Shown piece after piece: positions 30,528 through 39,385 of a stretch of 64,000 bases of DNA. This stretch comes from a virus. The stretch lies in the IMG/VR virus record IMGVR_UViG_3300032308_002010, positions 1 through 64,000 of that record, one strand, 5' to 3'. The translations under genes and the position numbers were made by a program. The stretch's first letter is position 1. The number at the start of each line of letters is the position of its first letter. The notes below the pieces were generated by a model. It saw only the letters and a list, made by a program, of their open reading frames with translations, did not search any database and was not told the origin of the DNA.

Positions 30528-30535
30528 CCTTGTCC
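30522..30535 (-). promoter_or_regulatory. CsrA/Rsm-type site overlapping the start codon
   Basis: GGAC-AAGGAU-GUCC: 4-bp stem, ARGGAU hexaloop, contains ACAAGGAUGU and includes the AUG at 30527. Confidence 0.6.
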
Positions 30536-30551
30536 TCCGGCAGTTAGTTGA

Positions 30552-31184
30552 TTACAAAAACGCGACATCCCATGTGATGCCGATTTGCGATGACGCTTCT
30601 TTGGTCACCTGATGATTGCTGCTAAATACTGTGCGCGCAAACACAACATCTTTTGACCTGTCATTAATCGCCGGAGCGGCGACAAGAGCGGCGGCATATA
30701 CGCGACTGTTTGTCAGATTGCTGAAACGCCGCGCTTCATCGTCATACACGACGCGCGCCTCAGACGTTTGCGCAAAAAAAGTCAATTGGTTGCCGGATTG
30801 ATTCACCGGTAAATTCGCTTCATAACCTGTCGACACGCTCAGCGCCGGCTCAATCGTTAGCGGCACACGAATAAAGTTGCGCGTTGTCGAGTCGTAGAGA
30901 GAGTTGTAATAGGTAATGTCGACATTTCGATCAAAACCGGGGGTTGAAATTTGAACCTCTGGCTCGACATTTTCATACTCGATATACATAGCTGAGATGT
31001 GGTAATCGAGCCGGTCGGGTTGTCGGCGATATCCCAGTTGCTTCGCGGCGATAAATCCCCAGCCGTATTGAATCTGGTTTGCCTGCGAGAATAGCGGCAG
31101 CTTTAGACCAGTCTTCTCGTCGACGCGCCACACAGCCACATGGCCGCGTACGCCGAAAGCGGGGGTAATGTTATCGGCAGCCAT
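30552..31184 (-). CDS. putative baseplate/tail-fibre attachment protein
   Basis: Position after the wedge; C-terminal VFARTVF...K..S..I.ITW.V.F resembles fibre-base domains. Confidence 0.5.
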   Translation of the reverse strand: MAADNITPAFGVRGHVAVWRVDEKTGLKLPLFSQANQIQYGWGFIAAKQLGYRRQPDRLDYHISAMYIEYENVEPEVQISTPGFDRNVDITYYNSLYDSTTRNFIRVPLTIEPALSVSTGYEANLPVNQSGNQLTFFAQTSEARVVYDDEARRFSNLTNSRVYAAALVAAPAINDRSKDVVFARTVFSSNHQVTKEASSQIGITWDVAFL

Positions 31185-31193
31185 GTGTTGTCC

Positions 31194-32921
31194 TTATTGG
31201 CATGTTCCAGATACAAGTCGCGCTGTCGCGCCCAAATCACTCACCAAAGATACCGGCACTTCGTCGGTTCTAGGCTCCATTCCTGTAAAACGCTGCACGG
31301 TCTCCGCCGTTAAGCTTTCGGGGTTTATGTTATCTTTGTCAGCCGTCAGCTCAAAAATCACAATCATTGCCGTTTGCGGCGGCAGTAATTGCCGTAGATG
31401 CCTAATATTGTACAGTCCCGGCTGATTTAACCCTAGCGCGTTCACAGAAATTCGCACCACAAACACGTTGTTTCGCAGCACGTTTTCCACGAGAAAACGC
31501 AGCGGATTAATAGTCTTTGGTAGTTGTGCCGCGGTGGGCTCCGTGCCCGCGTTTACGCGTTTGTCTAGTAGGTGCGCAAGCGTTCCAATTTTTAACTTCG
31601 GCGCGCAATCGGGTTGCGTTTTCAGCAACTCAGCGGCCTGAACACCGCGCGTGTGCACTTCGTCAAAAAACTGCTCGACGTCTGCCGGGTACCCGCTAAG
31701 CCTAAATTTTACGTACGTGTATCCCGTCGGGTGGGTCGTGTTTACTTCGAGCGGAACGAGTTTGTTTTCAAACACGATGTCGCCGTAAAAGCACGAAGCT
31801 AAAAACCCGCTGTCGACGGCGATGGCTGTTATTGTTTTTCTAACTGGTTGGCACTGCTCGTCGTTTGGATCGATGAGTAGCGATTCTTCGTTTTCAGTTA
31901 TTAGCGCTTCCCACATGTTGCTTGCCAAAATGTTATTTGGCGCTGGACAACACAGCACACGTTGCTCCGGCGCGCGCGCATACGAGTTGCCGACAAAAAA
32001 CTCATGCACGTCAACGCCGTATACGAGCGGCGTACCGGCTGTGACGCGCTGCTCTACCTCGACACGCGGGACCGCTGTTTCAGGAAAACGATAGACCGCT
32101 TTGTCTGTAATAATCAACAAACCACGCGCATCGTTGTCTACGCGCTCGACTATCTCGTCGGGCCCTGTGCTGATCGGCACGCCGCAAATTGCCGCGATAG
32201 CCGCGTCTAGAATTGCCGCTGTAGCGCCGCCCTCTACAAGCCCAGATATCACGGCGTTGGTAAGATCTTTGTAGCCTTGGCTTGTGCGAAGCTTGATGCT
32301 AACAGCATACGCAAACTGATTGAAAACGTTGTTGTAATCAAACTTACCGCAAAACGCCCACAGCGTTAGTTCTTCGTCGTCGGTTGTGCCGGCAGCGGGG
32401 CGTTTTGTAAATACCGGGTTTTCAAACGGGTCTGCAGCAAACATCAAAGCGCCGCGCTCGACGTCGATAAGGAAGTCAAGATTTTTGCTCAACACGCCTG
32501 TCGGGAACGTGATGCGATTAAAGAATTGCGCCACGTCAACGAGTTCAGCCGGTAACGGAAAAGAGAAAAACGGCGCGTTCGCGTTCGCGGCGTCAAACTG
32601 CAGGCCGCCACTAAAATTTACGCCGGAATCGCGATCAAACCGCGCGATTGTAGTACGGGCGGAGTTGCGTTCAGATTTTTTTAAGACGACCGGCGTTAGC
32701 TTCTCTGTGTGCAACAAAGGAATATCAAACCGACTTAACGCCTCGATTGTCTCGATTAGATTTTGATATGTTTGGTTTGCAACGTGTGCCGTAGCGTCAA
32801 CATATGAATGCACTTGGTCTACGCCGGTATAAAGCCGCGACCAAAAGCTACCGAGCGCTGCAATTAAATTACGGCTGCGGTCAAAGTCGGACCCGGGGTA
32901 TACGAATTCAGGCTTTTTCAT
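31194..32921 (-). CDS. baseplate wedge protein (gpI/gp7-like)
   Basis: Directly follows baseplate J; typical synteny. Confidence 0.6.
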   Translation of the reverse strand: MKKPEFVYPGSDFDRSRNLIAALGSFWSRLYTGVDQVHSYVDATAHVANQTYQNLIETIEALSRFDIPLLHTEKLTPVVLKKSERNSARTTIARFDRDSGVNFSGGLQFDAANANAPFFSFPLPAELVDVAQFFNRITFPTGVLSKNLDFLIDVERGALMFAADPFENPVFTKRPAAGTTDDEELTLWAFCGKFDYNNVFNQFAYAVSIKLRTSQGYKDLTNAVISGLVEGGATAAILDAAIAAICGVPISTGPDEIVERVDNDARGLLIITDKAVYRFPETAVPRVEVEQRVTAGTPLVYGVDVHEFFVGNSYARAPEQRVLCCPAPNNILASNMWEALITENEESLLIDPNDEQCQPVRKTITAIAVDSGFLASCFYGDIVFENKLVPLEVNTTHPTGYTYVKFRLSGYPADVEQFFDEVHTRGVQAAELLKTQPDCAPKLKIGTLAHLLDKRVNAGTEPTAAQLPKTINPLRFLVENVLRNNVFVVRISVNALGLNQPGLYNIRHLRQLLPPQTAMIVIFELTADKDNINPESLTAETVQRFTGMEPRTDEVPVSLVSDLGATARLVSGTCQ

Positions 32922-32923
32922 AA

Positions 32924-34639
32924 TCAGCGCGTCCAGCCGGCGGATACTACGGATACAGATATGTCTTGCGGACTTGTTAAAAATGCCGTCGTTCGCCCGG
33001 TGACAAGTCGCGCGACGTCGTTAGGAATCTGTAGAATTGTGTTATCACGCACAAACGCAATGCTGCCGTCGGGTCTGCGGATACGGCCAAACATATCAAT
33101 ACCGCCAAGCGCCTGCTGCTTTGTGAGGTACTGATGCGCTGCTGTGCTGATAAGCGACGCGTGTAGCTGCCCAGAGAAACCAACCCCAGAAACAGCCGCG
33201 CTTACAGCTGTCTTAATCGCTTCTATATCGGGTGCCGGGTCGGCGGCGTTTTTACGGATTTCAAACGCGATCTTTGTAAAGCACGGCACCGGCGCTTTAA
33301 CCAACACGTCCGCAGCCCGGGCTCTCGTTTCACGAGCCGCCATGTAATCTTGCAGTTCCGCAATCAAAGGAAGGCCGGCCGTAGTAACCGAGTACAGCCG
33401 TTTTGTTTGTCCCGGCGTGAGCGTGGGGTTCGGTTGGATGTCTGTATTCACAAACCGAATTGTGGCGGTTTGGTAACGTGTGTATGCGCTTTCAGGTAGA
33501 TATAGAATGTCGGGAATAAACTCAAAGTCTGAGAAGTCGACGTTGCGCTCGTCGCTCAGTACAGAGTAATTAACTCGTAAGGTTGCTGCAGGATTTACGA
33601 TGCCGATGACTTCGTAAAACCCCGGGGCGAGATCGCGGCCAATCGATACCTGCCAGATAGTGCCCGTCGGCGTGCCACCAACCAAGTCGCGTTCGTCGCA
33701 CGGTCCGTCTGTGTTCTGCGCGGGAGAGTATGGGCCAATGTACGTAGCTTCCAATAAGTGTTCGCGCTCTTGCGCATAAGCGTTAGTGTGCGCGTAGATA
33801 TCTACCTTCCCGCCGCCAGAGATTGGGAAGAGCGAGTGCTGGTCACGTTGTTGTTCGGCGTCACCGCAACCGAGCACCGACAAGTGCAGCGTGTTGGCAA
33901 AGACCGGTTGTGACTTGATGGTCGCAATATAGCTTTGCCTGCTACCAATCGTTTTGGCCGCTAATCCCGTCGTTAGGCGTGTGAGATATTCGGCGTTAGT
34001 GGCCGGATCACGCCCGTCGATAAAGTCGGCGCTCGCGTAAAGATCGACAACATTGCTGATTGAACCTTGGCTGTTAAGTCTGGCGCGGCGACGGATATTA
34101 CCGGCAACGCCGGCAGCGGAAGCGATTACAGTGATTGTTGCCGCGTACGTCCCGTCGCCCACTGCGACCATTTTTCGCTGATCTGGTTCTGTGGCGGGTA
34201 GCGTCGGGTCGGTCGGAAACACAACGAAGTTTTGTGTCGGGCTGAACGTAATGTCGCTGTCCTCGACGCCGAAGATCGCGGCGGTCGTGATCTCTGTTCG
34301 GATGTCCGAGTTAAAGACAACAGTGACATAACCTACCGCCGGAGATCCGTTGTCGCGCGATAAGTTGAAATTCGACAAAACCTGATCCACGATATCAGTA
34401 TCAGCAAGATCGGGATTCTGTGTAATTTTCAACAAGCTTTGGCTCTGCAGTACGCGATCAATATTTTCTTGAATTGCTGCATTCAGTAGCCCGTCAAAAT
34501 AAAGCACAAGGTCGTGGAACACGCCGCGCGTTAACTCAACCTCTGGATGGCGCTCGGCCATCAGCTGCGATAAAGTCGCAACCATTGCCTGTACTTTTTC
34601 TGGGCTAAGCTGTTTGAGGCTTGAAATTTCAATCGGCAT
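32924..34639 (-). CDS. baseplate J-like protein
   Basis: A.GYVTV.F, A..AG..GNI, F..G.D.....EY..R and GG.VDIY motifs. Confidence 0.85.
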   Translation of the reverse strand: MPIEISSLKQLSPEKVQAMVATLSQLMAERHPEVELTRGVFHDLVLYFDGLLNAAIQENIDRVLQSQSLLKITQNPDLADTDIVDQVLSNFNLSRDNGSPAVGYVTVVFNSDIRTEITTAAIFGVEDSDITFSPTQNFVVFPTDPTLPATEPDQRKMVAVGDGTYAATITVIASAAGVAGNIRRRARLNSQGSISNVVDLYASADFIDGRDPATNAEYLTRLTTGLAAKTIGSRQSYIATIKSQPVFANTLHLSVLGCGDAEQQRDQHSLFPISGGGKVDIYAHTNAYAQEREHLLEATYIGPYSPAQNTDGPCDERDLVGGTPTGTIWQVSIGRDLAPGFYEVIGIVNPAATLRVNYSVLSDERNVDFSDFEFIPDILYLPESAYTRYQTATIRFVNTDIQPNPTLTPGQTKRLYSVTTAGLPLIAELQDYMAARETRARAADVLVKAPVPCFTKIAFEIRKNAADPAPDIEAIKTAVSAAVSGVGFSGQLHASLISTAAHQYLTKQQALGGIDMFGRIRRPDGSIAFVRDNTILQIPNDVARLVTGRTTAFLTSPQDISVSVVSAGWTR

Positions 34640-34646
34640 GCTGCAC

Positions 34647-35114
34647 CTACGGTAATGTTGCGATCGGAACTAGTATCTCACGGGAGTCACCGGCGCGGCT
34701 TGTAATCGCGATGCTAAGGTTCATGTACCCGGGCAATAGCCCGACAGAAATAAGCTCCGCGTCATCAAGTCGTTCGTCGTCGGGCATTCCTTCGTATTCT
34801 TCGGCCTGCAGCGTCACGCGAATCCGCATATTTGACGCGTGAAACGTTTGCGTCACGTTTAATTGTGTTTTAATAGTGCCCTGCCGCACAAACCGCATAA
34901 AGTCGCAGCCGCGGTCGGGTAAACCCAGCAGCGAACCTTTTTCTGTTAAAAACTCTAACAACCATCGCTGCGCAAGCTTTTGCGGGCCCGCGCATATTTT
35001 TCCGCGGTTGTCGTCTGAGTACAGAACGAGATCGAGTCGACTGTTGCGGCCGTCATCGCTTCGCTGCAGCGCGAGGAAGTCGTATTTTCGATTAGCAAAG
35101 TCGGCGATGCTCAT
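34647..35114 (-). CDS. baseplate wedge subunit (gp25/gpW-like)
   Basis: G.QKLAQR....LT.KGS.....G.DF, ERL....L; lies upstream of J. Confidence 0.7.
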   Translation of the reverse strand: MSIADFANRKYDFLALQRSDDGRNSRLDLVLYSDDNRGKICAGPQKLAQRWLLEFLTEKGSLLGLPDRGCDFMRFVRQGTIKTQLNVTQTFHASNMRIRVTLQAEEYEGMPDDERLDDAELISVGLLPGYMNLSIAITSRAGDSREILVPIATLP

Positions 35115-35116
35115 GT

Positions 35117-35584
35117 TTATTTACCAGCGTTAATGTGCGATTGCACGCCGTCCTTTAAAAATGAAAACACGCTTTTCTTGGCGAGACTGTGCCCGTCGAG
35201 CCGGCCGTGCATGAAACAGGCGCAACGAATAAGGCTCGCATGACGTAACCGCCAGCCGCGCTCTTCGGTGGCCATAAAATCTGCTTGCCACTTCATCGCA
35301 ACAAGATCGCCAGTAGTGCCGCCCTCTTTCCCGGGACCAGACAATACGCTCATCGAGTAAATCTGATTGATGTTATCGCGGTTCCAGCTTGGCTCGTGTA
35401 GATTTGGTACGTCCAGCAGCTCCTTGTCTTTTAGTTCGTCGGGCGTGTGCCAGTCGCGCGCGTCGCCTTGATATCTGAACGATGTTGACATTTGCCCGGC
35501 GCGTGATTCAAGCTGATTGACGCGCGCTTCAAATTTGCCGTCAACCTGTCCCTTAGTCGTTCCAATCCCTTGCGGCTTATCCAT
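35117..35584 (-). CDS. hypothetical protein in the baseplate module
   Basis: 155-aa ORF tightly packed in the operon. Confidence 0.6.
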   Translation of the reverse strand: MDKPQGIGTTKGQVDGKFEARVNQLESRAGQMSTSFRYQGDARDWHTPDELKDKELLDVPNLHEPSWNRDNINQIYSMSVLSGPGKEGGTTGDLVAMKWQADFMATEERGWRLRHASLIRCACFMHGRLDGHSLAKKSVFSFLKDGVQSHINAGK

Positions 35585-35592
35585 GTGTCACC

Positions 35593-36414
35593 TTAAAAAG
35601 TGCTTTGTGTGTATTGCTTATCGAGCATCGCCTGAATTTTTGCTGCGCGCTGACTCACTGCGCCCGGCGTGATGTTAAGACGCCGGGCGATTTCTTGTGT
35701 GCTTGTTTGTCTGCGTCCGTTACGCCCCAGCGTCATATCTGCAATGAGCTTGTCAACCGGGCTCAGATCTTCGTACACAAAATTGAACCACGCATTAGCT
35801 GCGCGCGTGTTGTTTGGAATTGTACTTGCGACATCTCCGCCGTAGCTTTCTTCGTCCATGACTTCTCGCGTAGTCATGCCCTCTGACACCGGTTGATTGA
35901 ATGCGCGAATTTTTTGAATTCGCCTCGTAGATAATCCGGTCGCGTCTGCCGTTTCGTCGTCTGTTGGGTCGCGCCCTAGTCGGTCGCGTAATTCGTTTTC
36001 ACTTTCATTGAGGCGCGTATAGTCGAGGCCCACTTGCTCTGGGATAGAGATGATGTTCTGTTGCTGTGCCGATAACCGACGCAAACTTTGTAACTGCGAC
36101 AGAAGATGCGTGCGCACGTTGCCGCGATTTGGGTCATAGGTGTCGAGCGCTTTAAGGGCCATGAGTTTTGCGCGCGACCGAATTATTGGGCTGGCTGATT
36201 GGCCGGCGTAACTCATAACGGCCGTGTCAATAACGGGCTGCAAACTGTTCAGTACTGCAGAGCTGGTTTCTGGAGTTTTATTGGCTACCCACTGCGGATA
36301 CAGACTGTCAAACTCCGAGCTAACGCCTGCGGGCTTTTTAGCTGAAAAAGGCGGTGCAACATCGCCCAGTATGGACGGCATTCCCTGCGGTTTTTTGTTA
36401 TTTGTATCGTTCAT
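35593..36414 (-). CDS. RNA polymerase sigma-70-family factor (FliA/SigB-like architecture)
   Basis: Region 2 (ALDTYDPNRG), region 3 (LRDRLGRDPTDDE.A..TG), region 4 HTH (STQEIARRLNITPGAVSQR). ATG 36414 is coupled by ATGA. Confidence 0.85.
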   Translation of the reverse strand: MNDTNNKKPQGMPSILGDVAPPFSAKKPAGVSSEFDSLYPQWVANKTPETSSAVLNSLQPVIDTAVMSYAGQSASPIIRSRAKLMALKALDTYDPNRGNVRTHLLSQLQSLRRLSAQQQNIISIPEQVGLDYTRLNESENELRDRLGRDPTDDETADATGLSTRRIQKIRAFNQPVSEGMTTREVMDEESYGGDVASTIPNNTRAANAWFNFVYEDLSPVDKLIADMTLGRNGRRQTSTQEIARRLNITPGAVSQRAAKIQAMLDKQYTQSTF

Positions 36415-38036
36415 TTCAGCGTATATCCCGGCCATTTTTGACCTTTATACAGCGGCGCGGTTTCTTGCGTAATTTTACCTGTTTTATTGTCTTCTTTTTC
36501 AGTCCTAATGTACGATAGGTCGAAGGCGGTTCCGGCAAGCGCACGCTCAGCGTTGATCGCGTACGATACCTTTGTTACGGCAGCGATTAGATCGCCTGTG
36601 TTGTCTAGCTCCGTGTCCGGCAGCTTGATTTTAACAATACTGCCGGGCGCTATATCAAAGCGTAGTTTACCGGATAGTTCGCCGTATCTTTGACTTAAAA
36701 ACTCTGTGTGATAGAAGTGTTTTGCAAATCGCGTGCAAACTTCGTTGTACATTGCGTCAGCAAGCTCCGCTGGTTTTTTCCAGCCCGCCGGTAAATTTGA
36801 CTCACCCGTTTGTGGGGCGAGGCAATCCCCCGGCCGCTTTCCACCTTCTCCGGTCGTTGGTCCGCACATGATTGGCCACGGAGACGTGTTCGCGAGCCAC
36901 GACGGTAAGTCTTTAAATAGTTTTAATCCCTGCCGCGGTTGTTGCGCTGTTCCTACATCCGGCCACTGCCCCGACGGCGTAGAAAATTTATCGCTGCTCT
37001 GCATATCTCCGCCCAGATGTAACATCGGATCCATTTGTGCCGGCCAAAACACAGTGACGTTTTCGATTAGCTGGTGCATCGTGGCGTTGAAATTTGCGTA
37101 GCTGTAGTCGTCTGCATGAATTGTGAGTTTGTCGCTACCGTTGAATTTAAGTCCGCCAAAAAACGGAATGACGTACGCTTTGTCAATACAGGGCGATACG
37201 GCAAAGAAAAACTGTGACGCGTAGTCTCCGACGAGCGTGCTCCAAAACGTGGTGTACGCAAATGATTCTGCAGAATCTTTTGTAAGCGCCTGTCGAATAG
37301 ACATCTCGGCGTTTAACCCGACGCCGCTGATATCTAAACTCAACTTGGCCGATCCTGCAAAGCTGGGGGCTTCCGCCGGCATCCGTTCTAGCGCCTTAAG
37401 CGCGGCGTCATTCGGATCGTTTGACGATGTTTTCCAGCCCGCCATCGTTTTAAAGATGGGTTTTATTACATCGCCCCAGAGATTTTGACTGATGTTTGAC
37501 TCTGTAATGATTTGCTCGTTAGCGTCGATAATCGGTACCGGAGACCACACGTTACCGTCGCTGGTTTGCAGTGCTTCGAACGCGGCGTTTTGCGCCATTA
37601 AAAAGGGCGCGTTAGGAAACCACTTGCCGTTGAGCGCGGAAGAGTTGTTGAGGTCATCAAGCCAATGCACGACGTGGATGACATAGTTGGCGCTGTTGTG
37701 GGAGCGCTGATAACCGATACTAACCAAAAAGCCCTCGAAAATTTTTATGCGGCCGTTTTCCATTTTTTCGGTGCGACCGGCGGTTGGTGTGATTGTTAAC
37801 CACACCTCAACTTTATCTCGCGGTTGCAGGTTTTCTTTTGCTTCGTGAATTTTTGCTTTTTTATTTCGCCCCGAGCGCGCGTCGTGCCCGACTGCTACGG
37901 TAAGACTAGCTGTCGGAATTGTGTTTAATGGAAACGACGCCGACATAGCGACGATATCATTGTCAAAATTTATGCCGCCAATTGTGGCTTCAATTTTGAA
38001 TTTTGCGTGAACATAATTCGGATTTAATTCTGTCAT
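36411..38036 (-). CDS. baseplate hub protein (gp27/gpD-like)
   Basis: C-terminal FDIAPGSIVKI...VTKVSY.I...T.FDL; position near the tape measure. Confidence 0.6.
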   Translation of the reverse strand: MTELNPNYVHAKFKIEATIGGINFDNDIVAMSASFPLNTIPTASLTVAVGHDARSGRNKKAKIHEAKENLQPRDKVEVWLTITPTAGRTEKMENGRIKIFEGFLVSIGYQRSHNSANYVIHVVHWLDDLNNSSALNGKWFPNAPFLMAQNAAFEALQTSDGNVWSPVPIIDANEQIITESNISQNLWGDVIKPIFKTMAGWKTSSNDPNDAALKALERMPAEAPSFAGSAKLSLDISGVGLNAEMSIRQALTKDSAESFAYTTFWSTLVGDYASQFFFAVSPCIDKAYVIPFFGGLKFNGSDKLTIHADDYSYANFNATMHQLIENVTVFWPAQMDPMLHLGGDMQSSDKFSTPSGQWPDVGTAQQPRQGLKLFKDLPSWLANTSPWPIMCGPTTGEGGKRPGDCLAPQTGESNLPAGWKKPAELADAMYNEVCTRFAKHFYHTEFLSQRYGELSGKLRFDIAPGSIVKIKLPDTELDNTGDLIAAVTKVSYAINAERALAGTAFDLSYIRTEKEDNKTGKITQETAPLYKGQKWPGYTLK

Positions 38037-38920
38037 CGGTGCAGCCTTACCTGTTCCGTTCTATAGACGAGTGACATGACTAAACCCGCTAATCGGTACG
38101 CCGGCAACGGATGATCAAACCAAACGTTTTTAAACGTAGCGTACGGCTCTTCGGGCGCGACGCCAAACAGTTCTAGAAAAATTGGCTCACCGAGAATTTC
38201 AAGTGTGGGCAGTAATGATGTAATTGCCGGCACGGGGTTTGCCAATAAGTTAATGTGCCAGCGCCCTTCATATGTCGCCGGATCGGAGATCAAAGAGCTA
38301 AGGCGTACCCGCACTTCCGTTTCCGGCAGCGTTAATGTGGGAAGTCCGTCTGCCACGGTTTGCCGCGCGTCTTGTCGCTGGTCGTTGATCGCCTCTGCGC
38401 TTACTGTGATAAACTCTGACTTCAATTCTTGCAACAACAAACCCTCACCAGATTCGAGCGTTAGCGTTGCGCCTTCTTGTTCGTTTACAACTGGCGTGTC
38501 CATTGGATCAATAAATGTCAGTGTGTATTGCCGGTGTGCGCGGCCGGAGCCGTTCGCGGCAATAAACTCGCCGCCTATCGCGACTGGGCGCGCCGGGCCG
38601 CGCAATTGCTTAATACGGATGCCGGTTGGGAACTGGAACGAGTTGGCAGCGGGTTCCGGCCAATACGTAACGCGCGGATCTAGTTTGTAAACATACTCAG
38701 CTAATTCAGTTTGATGGACGTAGCTGAGCAATTCACGCGCACGCAAGTTTAAAAATCGCTGATCGGGCAGTGAGCCAAATAGCACGCGGCGTAATGTCTT
38801 TAGACTTTGCGGTAATACAAGCGGACGATATTCTACGGGGATGTACTCGTAACCGGCGAGCTGCTTGTCGGCGCTTTGAGCAAAAATATTTAACAGTAGT
38901 GTACGCGCGTGATTAATCAT
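38033..38920 (-). CDS. hypothetical tail/baseplate protein
   Basis: 295-aa ORF, ATGA-coupled. Confidence 0.6.
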   Translation of the reverse strand: MINHARTLLLNIFAQSADKQLAGYEYIPVEYRPLVLPQSLKTLRRVLFGSLPDQRFLNLRARELLSYVHQTELAEYVYKLDPRVTYWPEPAANSFQFPTGIRIKQLRGPARPVAIGGEFIAANGSGRAHRQYTLTFIDPMDTPVVNEQEGATLTLESGEGLLLQELKSEFITVSAEAINDQRQDARQTVADGLPTLTLPETEVRVRLSSLISDPATYEGRWHINLLANPVPAITSLLPTLEILGEPIFLELFGVAPEEPYATFKNVWFDHPLPAYRLAGLVMSLVYRTEQVRLHR

Positions 38921-38925
38921 AGTAA

Positions 38926-39378
38926 TTACTTCTTCGGTAACACGTTAAAGCGAAGCGACCACTGCGCAATTGCTGTTTGCGGGTCTTGCACCTCAACACG
39001 CATACCCGTTAGAAACGCCCAGAAGTTTGCGTCCGGGCATTCGCCAATGTGGACTGAAAGGTCGCCTTTTTGTTTAATTCGGTTTTGTGTGTAGAAATCA
39101 AACAGGTTGCAGATCTTTGCCGACGAGGCATTACCGCACGTCTGCGAGAACCCAAAGCCAGACACAGTCAGTTCACCGATACGGTCGCCAAAAGCGTACA
39201 CGTAAATAAAATCGTTGACGGTGTGCAAAAACTGATAGTTGCCGTTTAACTCCAGCGCAAAGCCAGAAATCGGCAGTGTGAGCGAGCCGCCGCTAATGTC
39301 AACTTTAAATACGGCGTCGCCAGAGCAACCCGGGATTTTTGCGACGGCGCCAACGCAGGGACTAAAAACAGCTGCCAT
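38926..39378 (-). CDS. tube-like baseplate/tube initiator protein
   Basis: F...N..FL......YVY.FG.R.G resembles the tube protein at 48753..49184; immediately follows the tape measure. Confidence 0.55.
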   Translation of the reverse strand: MAAVFSPCVGAVAKIPGCSGDAVFKVDISGGSLTLPISGFALELNGNYQFLHTVNDFIYVYAFGDRIGELTVSGFGFSQTCGNASSAKICNLFDFYTQNRIKQKGDLSVHIGECPDANFWAFLTGMRVEVQDPQTAIAQWSLRFNVLPKK

Positions 39379-39385
39379 AAATCAC

